A DNA stretch of 61,793 nucleotides, filler included, from Sanchytrium tribonematis (taxonomy: Eukaryota): NCBI GenBank assembly GCA_018985235.1. It is 5 parts of 5 records of this genome, joined end to end, with 100 filler letters (N's around TTAATTAATTAA, not from the genome) between each part and the next. Parts side by side here need not be neighbours in the genome. Positions count along the whole stretch, not along the records: positions 49,587 to 61,793 come from JADGIG010000227.1; 4 more parts are not named here. One strand, 5' to 3'. A program made the position numbers and the translations under genes. Numbering within the stretch: the first letter of the stretch is position 1; each line of letters opens with the position of its first letter. Positions 55,671-61,793 of the stretch are shown piece by piece. Under the pieces are notes generated by a model, which did not search any database, had not been told where the DNA came from, and worked only from the letters and a program-made list of their open reading frames with translations.

Positions 55671-56309
55671 ATGAACAAATTGTTACACTGGTCGATTGAA
55701 AACAAAGGGCAAAGCGATGAAAAAGTAACGAATATTGACCCTAAATGGATTGACATTATATTAGGCAAAACTGACTCTGTACATGTTCAAGAACAATTTG
55801 AAGAAATTCAAAATAGTGATATTGATCATCAGCGCCAATTATTAATTGACCTTGAAGACTATGCATGTGATATTGACAAAGCAAACGCTATCAAAGACTG
55901 GAAATTTTTGATAAATTTGTTAAACACAAAAGAATTGAAAGATTTAATTTACAGTCTTCTTGGAACCATAATGCAAAATAATCCTGAAGCACAAAAACCT
56001 TTTTTAAATTTTATGAAATGGGATATTATATTCGAAGATTTAAAATTGGACAATCAGGTCATCACGGACAAAATTATGTATTGCCTTTCTAGTGTAATGC
56101 CAACTAACAATGAAATTATGAAATCATTTGAGGACAATAATGGTTTTCAAAAGGTTGTTGAGTCTGTAATGCGATCAGTCGTAGATTCTAAAAAGCTTAT
56201 TTATTTTTTAACCAAAAACAAGTCGCAAACGACTAAGATTTTAACTCCAGCCAATATCGAAAAATTAAATAGTTTGCCTAATTCTGCAGCTTTATTGAAA
56301 ATTGAATAA
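55671..56309 (+). CDS. FES1: Hsp70 nucleotide exchange factor Fes1/HspBP1
   Basis: MNKLLHWSIEN, IDPKWIDIILG, DIDKANAI, LGTIMQNNPEAQ. Confidence 0.85.
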   Translation: MNKLLHWSIENKGQSDEKVTNIDPKWIDIILGKTDSVHVQEQFEEIQNSDIDHQRQLLIDLEDYACDIDKANAIKDWKFLINLLNTKELKDLIYSLLGTIMQNNPEAQKPFLNFMKWDIIFEDLKLDNQVITDKIMYCLSSVMPTNNEIMKSFEDNNGFQKVVESVMRSVVDSKKLIYFLTKNKSQTTKILTPANIEKLNSLPNSAALLKIE

Positions 56310-56315
56310 ATCATT

Positions 56316-56771
56316 TTATGCAACAGAAGGGCATTTTTGAGTAAGAAATTTCTGAATTTCGATTGTATCATTTTTCAGCTTTAAAGTTTTAAAATCGTTT
56401 ATCTCGAATACCTTTATGGTATTAAGTGTCTGAGTTCCAGTCAATGGTTGAGATTTGTCAGGCAAACTATTCACATCAAGATAACTTAGAAATGCTGTAT
56501 CAGTGCCTTTCACATAAAATTTAAATTCACAAGTTTCTGAGTCAAACTGTACGCTTGACCATGATATAAGCCCAGTATTTGCTGGAAGTACTTGAGCTAG
56601 TTCTACCCTTTCAGAATAACAACTTGAGGTTTGATTGTACAAAATCAAGCCAACAATATTGTGATTAAAATTAGGTACGTCTCGTAATCTGATTTTATTA
56701 TCAAAATCAATTCCCTTAATATTTAGTTCCGCGTGGTAGTATTTGCTCATAACGAGGGCATTAAATAACAT
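56316..56771 (-). CDS. Hypothetical protein, possibly secreted
   Basis: 151-aa ATG ORF with a short hydrophobic N-terminus; no recognised family. Confidence 0.5.
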   Translation of the reverse strand: MLFNALVMSKYYHAELNIKGIDFDNKIRLRDVPNFNHNIVGLILYNQTSSCYSERVELAQVLPANTGLISWSSVQFDSETCEFKFYVKGTDTAFLSYLDVNSLPDKSQPLTGTQTLNTIKVFEINDFKTLKLKNDTIEIQKFLTQKCPSVA

Positions 56772-56935
56772 TGTCTTAAAAAAGCCAGTGCTTTAAATAG
56801 ACTTTAGCGTAATACAGTGAGTCGCAAACATATTTGTATTTAGGTGAGACAATGCACAAGGAATTACAGTGACACTTGTCTTAATTTGCACACATTGGGT
56901 ACTAAGATAGTCCCTCCTGTCACATCTAAAATTCA

Positions 56936-58054
56936 ATGACACAGACGTTCACTGTTTATCATACCGAATGGTCAACCTATGGAAGAAATTATCAAATTTC
57001 AGACCTGCCTATTGATGAAATACCAAATATTAGCTATGCGTTTATAAATGTGGATGAACAAGGAAATCTGAAAATTATGGATCCCTATGCTACACTAGAA
57101 AAGAGATTTACTGAAAATGGTGTGTTGCCACTTGATACTTGGAATGAAAACGACAAGCTTCCATATTATGGTAACTTTAATCAACTACGCAAGTTGAAAA
57201 TGCAACATAAATTTCAATTAACATTGGCTATAGGAGGTTGGACTTTAAGCAAAAATTTCAGCTCTGCGGTAAAGCCTGAAAATGCAAACAATTTTGTAAA
57301 TTCTCTTTTGCAATTTCTTGAGAAATATACGATATTTGATGGGGTATCGTTTGACTGGGAATATCTAAGTAACGATGGCGTAAATTACGGGAATGGTGGA
57401 AACGTCTGCTCTCCTTCAGATGACATCAACTTTGTCAATTTTCTTGAGTTGTTTAAACGTAGCTTGAACAAGCCTTTAATCATTTCATTTTGTTGTACGG
57501 CAGATCCACAGAAAATCAAATTTGATGTCCCTCGGATCAATTCCTTAATTGACGAATGGCACATAATGACATACGATTTTCATTCTGGAAATTGGGGCGA
57601 AAAGATATGTGCACACCAATCAAATTTATATCCAGTTCCTTATGCTAGATTGTCCATTAAAGAATCCGTTGACTCTTATATAAAGCTCGGAGCAGATGCG
57701 TGTAAAATTATGATTGGTGCTGTGGGATATAGTCGAGGATTTTCCAATACTGATGGTCCTGGTAAAGCTGCCAGTGGAGGTTCTCCAGATCGAACTTGGG
57801 AAGATGGTGTCGTTGATTACAAAAAGCTTCCTTTGAGTGGCTCCATTGAATATTTTGATGAAGGTGCTGGTGCATCGTATAGTTATGATTCATCAAGAAG
57901 AGTGTTCAACAGCTACGACACCCCTCAAAGTATAGAACTAAAATGCAAATTTATCAAAGATATGAATTTGAAAGGCTGCATATTTTGGGAAAGTAGCGGT
58001 GATGCTAAAAACGACAGATCTCTTATAACTGCTCTTCACAAATACTTGAAATAA
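56936..58054 (+). CDS. GH18 chitinase, no signal peptide
   Basis: WSTYGRNY, ISYAF, GNFNQLRKLK, IGGWT, FDGVSFDWEY, IMTYDF, SYDTP, IFWESSGD. Confidence 0.93.
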   Translation: MTQTFTVYHTEWSTYGRNYQISDLPIDEIPNISYAFINVDEQGNLKIMDPYATLEKRFTENGVLPLDTWNENDKLPYYGNFNQLRKLKMQHKFQLTLAIGGWTLSKNFSSAVKPENANNFVNSLLQFLEKYTIFDGVSFDWEYLSNDGVNYGNGGNVCSPSDDINFVNFLELFKRSLNKPLIISFCCTADPQKIKFDVPRINSLIDEWHIMTYDFHSGNWGEKICAHQSNLYPVPYARLSIKESVDSYIKLGADACKIMIGAVGYSRGFSNTDGPGKAASGGSPDRTWEDGVVDYKKLPLSGSIEYFDEGAGASYSYDSSRRVFNSYDTPQSIELKCKFIKDMNLKGCIFWESSGDAKNDRSLITALHKYLK

Positions 58055-58345
58055 AGTTTTTCATTGAAATAAGAATACCCCAAACCCCACAAATTTTCAC
58101 GTCCGAACCAAATTCGATTCATTCAAATATCTGCATTAATAAATTTCAAGTATCTATAACATGAAGGGTATATTAACTTGTGGTGTAAGACCATTTTCAT
58201 CCAAAAAAGAAAAGTTGAGAATAAAGCAAAGATTTCATCCATTACACTTTGAGCGAAACTTGTAGTTACTCATTTTGAAGTAAATTTTGGGTCTTGGTTA
58301 AATTGATTGTAACATTGTAGGGGCAGTTTCTCACTCGAAACATCA

Positions 58346-59150
58346 ATGTCTGACAAACCTCTTCCAAAACCCTCAGATTTAATGTCAAAACTGCCAAGTC
58401 TCAGTAATACTCTGCAAAATAATAAAGTAAATCAGCAACTGCCACCTGCAGATGGTAGCAATGCTCCACTTCCAAGTTCCTCCAGTTTATTAAGCAATTT
58501 ACCAAAGCCGCCATCTGTCTCCACACCGAATTCTGCATTACCATCTGCGAGGGCTCTCGGCATTACTTTCCCTTGGCATGAAGAACGTTATAGACAGAAT
58601 TTGAGCTCCTACAAAAAAGAAACGAAATCCTCAGTACTCCCACCAATGCAAACTCCATCTTCGTTACCATCTCAAAATAGTACTTTTCAGCAATTACCAC
58701 CTTCTATGCAAAATTCCTCCGCGTTGAATCCGTTAAACCACCAACCAAAAACATTTCAAAATACCCCGTTGCAGGGACTGCGTACCAATAATTTGGGAAA
58801 AAGATATCTTGAAGAGCAGCAGGTAATTTTGTTTCACTCAGTTTGTTCCTAGCAAAATTCAAAAGGTTGAAAAAACTCAACCAGCGCATATTCATAAATC
58901 GATTCCACCAAGCTCAACCAATCAGCAACAGCAAAAGAAGGTCAATGAAGTCGAAGTCACTAATTCGTCCTTTCTCTGCAGATTTATGGATCTTCCAGGC
59001 GTGATTACCCTCCAAAAATTGCCTGGTTGCGTCAAATTAGATGATCAAACAATAAGCTGTACCTCGGTCCAACAGCAAATCGAAATGACACGGCAATTTA
59101 TTTTAGAATACGATCGCCTCAAAACTGGAAAATATCAGGTAGTTCGATAA
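58346..59150 (+). CDS. Pro/Ser-rich hypothetical protein, 2 exons, 261 aa
   Basis: Removing 58823-58841 extends the ORF by 102 codons (EEQQ|FVPSKIQK...GKYQVVR*) to 17 nt from the convergent neighbour. Confidence 0.7.
58823..58841 (+). other. 19-nt spliceosomal intron GTAATTTTGTTTCACTCAG
   Basis: CAG|GTAAT donor, TTCAC branch motif with A at -6, CAG acceptor. Confidence 0.82.
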
Positions 59151-59167
59151 TAAACTTTTACCTAACC

Positions 59168-59917
59168 TTAAATCGCTCTCATGAAATTTTTGTACAAAAG
59201 TTGTAATGGTAATTTTGCATCTCGAACATAAAGCCGCTTGTCTGTTACATCAAATTGGACTAAATCTAAATTCTTGAGATAGTTAATACAAGGCACAACA
59301 TGAAGCATAACTGGAAATACTTCTTTAGGAAGAGATTTGATATGATCTAAAGCAGTTTCCTTGTGTTGATGAGCCAAACAGGCAATTTCGTGAACCAAAT
59401 CAGGAAGATTTGATAAATTTTGTCTAAAAACATCTTCTTGGCTCAACTTGTATTTTTCCAGCAGTGATAAAGGCAAATAACATTTTTTTCGTCTGGAAAA
59501 ATGTCCAATTCCACGGATTGTATTCAGCAATCCTGTACATTTACCAATGTGAGATATGGCATGATCGGCATTCACATCCTTTGCACCTATTGTTTCCAAA
59601 GATAAATATAACAAACTACTAAAAGAGGCTTCACAATAATTCTCTAAGTCCTCCATACTTTCGTACCTTTCAATAGTCTTCGAGGTTATCATACGACTTA
59701 ACCAAAATCCATTCATATCGGGTGGTAGATTCTTTGTTATATCTGTAGATCTATTGTCTACATCAAGTTTATAAAATTCTGCTTTTCTAATATTGGTCGA
59801 ACACTCAGCGTTTAAAGCTCTCAAAGCCCAAATATGCGGTTGAACTTTTTTTGGGTAGAATAAAGACACCAAATAGCCTTCATAGTCCAATTGCTTGCAA
59901 ACATTGCGGACATTCAT
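59168..59917 (-). CDS. NDUFAF6: Complex I assembly factor NDUFAF6 (squalene/phytoene synthase-like fold)
   Basis: DYEGYLVSLF..WALRALNAE, LENYCEASFSSLLYLSLE, ADHAISHIGKCTGL, FDVTDKRL. Confidence 0.88.
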   Translation of the reverse strand: MNVRNVCKQLDYEGYLVSLFYPKKVQPHIWALRALNAECSTNIRKAEFYKLDVDNRSTDITKNLPPDMNGFWLSRMITSKTIERYESMEDLENYCEASFSSLLYLSLETIGAKDVNADHAISHIGKCTGLLNTIRGIGHFSRRKKCYLPLSLLEKYKLSQEDVFRQNLSNLPDLVHEIACLAHQHKETALDHIKSLPKEVFPVMLHVVPCINYLKNLDLVQFDVTDKRLYVRDAKLPLQLLYKNFMRAI

Positions 59918-59954
59918 TGTCCCTTTTGTTTCTCTTTAAAATAAAGACGCAATA

Positions 59955-61793
59955 TTACAGATCCAATTTATTATCATTAATCATTCTCAAAAGGCCGACA
60001 TGAATTCCCATAATTTGCTTTTGAGCACTCATAAAACTCAGCTGCTTTATTTCGATCATATTCATCGGCTTTCTTCTTGCAATTTCACTTATTTCTTCCT
60101 CGGTCAATATCTGGACGTCTTCAACATGATGTTTCTCAGCAAGCCGTTTACAAAGGGCTTTAAGCTCGACTTTCCAGCTGAACTTTTTCTTCTTCTTGCT
60201 ACCTGAGGTATTCCTATCTGCAGTAGACTTTCGCTTGGCAACTGTTTTCTTTTCGGGAGACTCTTTTTCAGTGGTTTCTAAGATGTGGAAATTAAATTTT
60301 ATGTTCCTTCCACTTAGAACAGTATAACCTTTATCTCCAACATACAAGTACTTGCTGTTAAAACCTGCTTTCGTCATTTCTGTTTTCTCTCGAAGATATT
60401 TTTGATTTACCAGTGAATGAAGAAATCTCATTACATCTGATTTGGTCATGCTTTTAGCCTCATTGTAACCTGGGAGAGTATTGTGACCTTGTTGTAAAAC
60501 CTTTTTCGTTTTAGATCCTCGTAACAGATCGACTGCATAAAGTAGTGTGTATTTGCCATCTTTATTCAATTCTCCAATCATTTTAATGCTAGCATTAGCC
60601 AAATCACTATAGTCTTTCGAGATCATTTGTTGAGACCTCATACAATTATCGCATGTCTTGTTACAATCTTTCGGATCAAATCGCTCATCAAAATATTGCA
60701 AAATTTGTTTCCTACGGCAGTCAACTTTATTATCGCAGTATGCCAACATTTGTCTAACGTTATCGATTTGCCTTTGCTTTTGCTCTCGACTGCCGTCTCC
60801 ACGTTGGATTAATGATTCTAAAGTTTTCGTATCTCCGTAATTGTAGTACATCAATACGTCGCTTAATAGACCATCTCTTCCGGCCCTTCCAGTTTCCTGA
60901 TAATATCCTTCTACACTACTTGGAAGAGCATGATGAATTACAAATCTGACATCTGCTTTGTCAATGCCCATCCCAAAGGCGACAGTTGCCACTATTATGT
61001 GTGTAATTCCCGAGCTCCAATCTGACTGAATACTCATTCTGTCTTTTTTGTTGAGTCCTGCGTGGTAGCAGTTGGCTTTAAGCCCTGCCTCTTGGAGATT
61101 CTTTGCCACGTCTTCACACTTACCTCTTGTTTGACAATAAACAATGCCAGATTCATTGGGATATTTCATTTGAATGAAAGATACAATATCTTGGATAAAC
61201 GATTTTCTATAAACACAACTGTAGACTAAATTGCTTCTATTGAATGATTGCTTAATCATTTTCGTAATTTTCAAATTTAAAGTGCTAATAATATCTTGTC
61301 TAACTTGAATGTTAGCAGTTGCAGTTAAAGCCATAATGGGAACACTATAAGTTCGCTTTAACATACCAAGCGCTTTATAATCTGGTCGAAAATCATGCCC
61401 CCATTGACTTAAACAATGTGCTTCATCAATTACAAATCTTGATAAATCTCCTCTTCTATGTATCACTGTCAATTGGTTCTGCAATGATTGGCTTTTCATA
61501 AGCATTTCAGGTGTAACATACAGTATATTTAGATTTAGGGGAGCTTCGTCAAGTTGGTCCCTTAATTCTCTTTTCTGCTTTGCTCCCATTTCTCCCCAAA
61601 ATGCACCTACCTTAACTCCTTTGCTTAACAGAGCATTGACTTGATCCATCATCAACGAAAGGAGAGGCGTGATAACAATCGTAATGCCTGAGATAAGAGA
61701 GGGAAGTTGAAAACATAATGATTTTCCACCACCTGTGGGCATTAACACAAATGTATCATGCCCTTGTAGGGTATAATTAATAGCTTGTAGCTG
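59955..61793 (-). CDS. SGS1: RecQ helicase (Sgs1/BLM-like), 5'-partial
   Basis: [64 protein letters not shown] zinc site CRR..CDNC, HRDC-like tail. Confidence 0.93.
   Translation of the reverse strand, partial: QLQAINYTLQGHDTFVLMPTGGGKSLCFQLPSLISGITIVITPLLSLMMDQVNALLSKGVKVGAFWGEMGAKQKRELRDQLDEAPLNLNILYVTPEMLMKSQSLQNQLTVIHRRGDLSRFVIDEAHCLSQWGHDFRPDYKALGMLKRTYSVPIMALTATANIQVRQDIISTLNLKITKMIKQSFNRSNLVYSCVYRKSFIQDIVSFIQMKYPNESGIVYCQTRGKCEDVAKNLQEAGLKANCYHAGLNKKDRMSIQSDWSSGITHIIVATVAFGMGIDKADVRFVIHHALPSSVEGYYQETGRAGRDGLLSDVLMYYNYGDTKTLESLIQRGDGSREQKQRQIDNVRQMLAYCDNKVDCRRKQILQYFDERFDPKDCNKTCDNCMRSQQMISKDYSDLANASIKMIGELNKDGKYTLLYAVDLLRGSKTKKVLQQGHNTLPGYNEAKSMTKSDVMRFLHSLVNQKYLREKTEMTKAGFNSKYLYVGDKGYTVLSGRNIKFNFHILETTEKESPEKKTVAKRKSTADRNTSGSKKKKKFSWKVELKALCKRLAEKHHVEDVQILTEEEISEIARRKPMNMIEIKQLSFMSAQKQIMGIHVGLLRMINDNKLDL

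Noticed and set aside
16515..59930. CCC/GGG runs or CGGAGGCAA just upstream of some ATGs, like the microsporidian promoter motif
   Set aside because: Present at only some genes and at variable distance; cannot be separated from chance without statistics.

Overview
This window is not contiguous DNA. It is five ~12.2-12.3 kb contigs joined by artificial N44-TTAATTAATTAA-N44 linkers, apparently in descending size order. The source is an AT-rich, very gene-dense eukaryote using the standard genetic code. It is most likely an early-diverging fungus or other holomycotan (division-2 chitin synthase, neurofibromin, fungal-type CBS, NDUFAF6); a compact parasite such as a sanchytrid is an unverified guess. 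Four contigs carry housekeeping genes with intergenic gaps often only 1-60 nt. One contig (37211-49486) is an accessory region with a Crinkler-like NTPase/nuclease gene, an NTPase pseudogene, two bacterial-type acyltransferase-3 genes and a decayed Ty3/Gypsy element with an 82-bp LTR. Main result: every frame break I found in the gene-dense contigs is repaired by removing a GT-AG segment of exactly 19 nt. There are eight such segments in eight genes on four contigs, and all share a fixed-position YTNAY branch-point motif with the A 6 nt from the 3' end. This points to a fixed-length ultra-short spliceosomal intron system, which I do not know to be described in a fungal nuclear genome. All family calls are from motif recognition; no searches were run.
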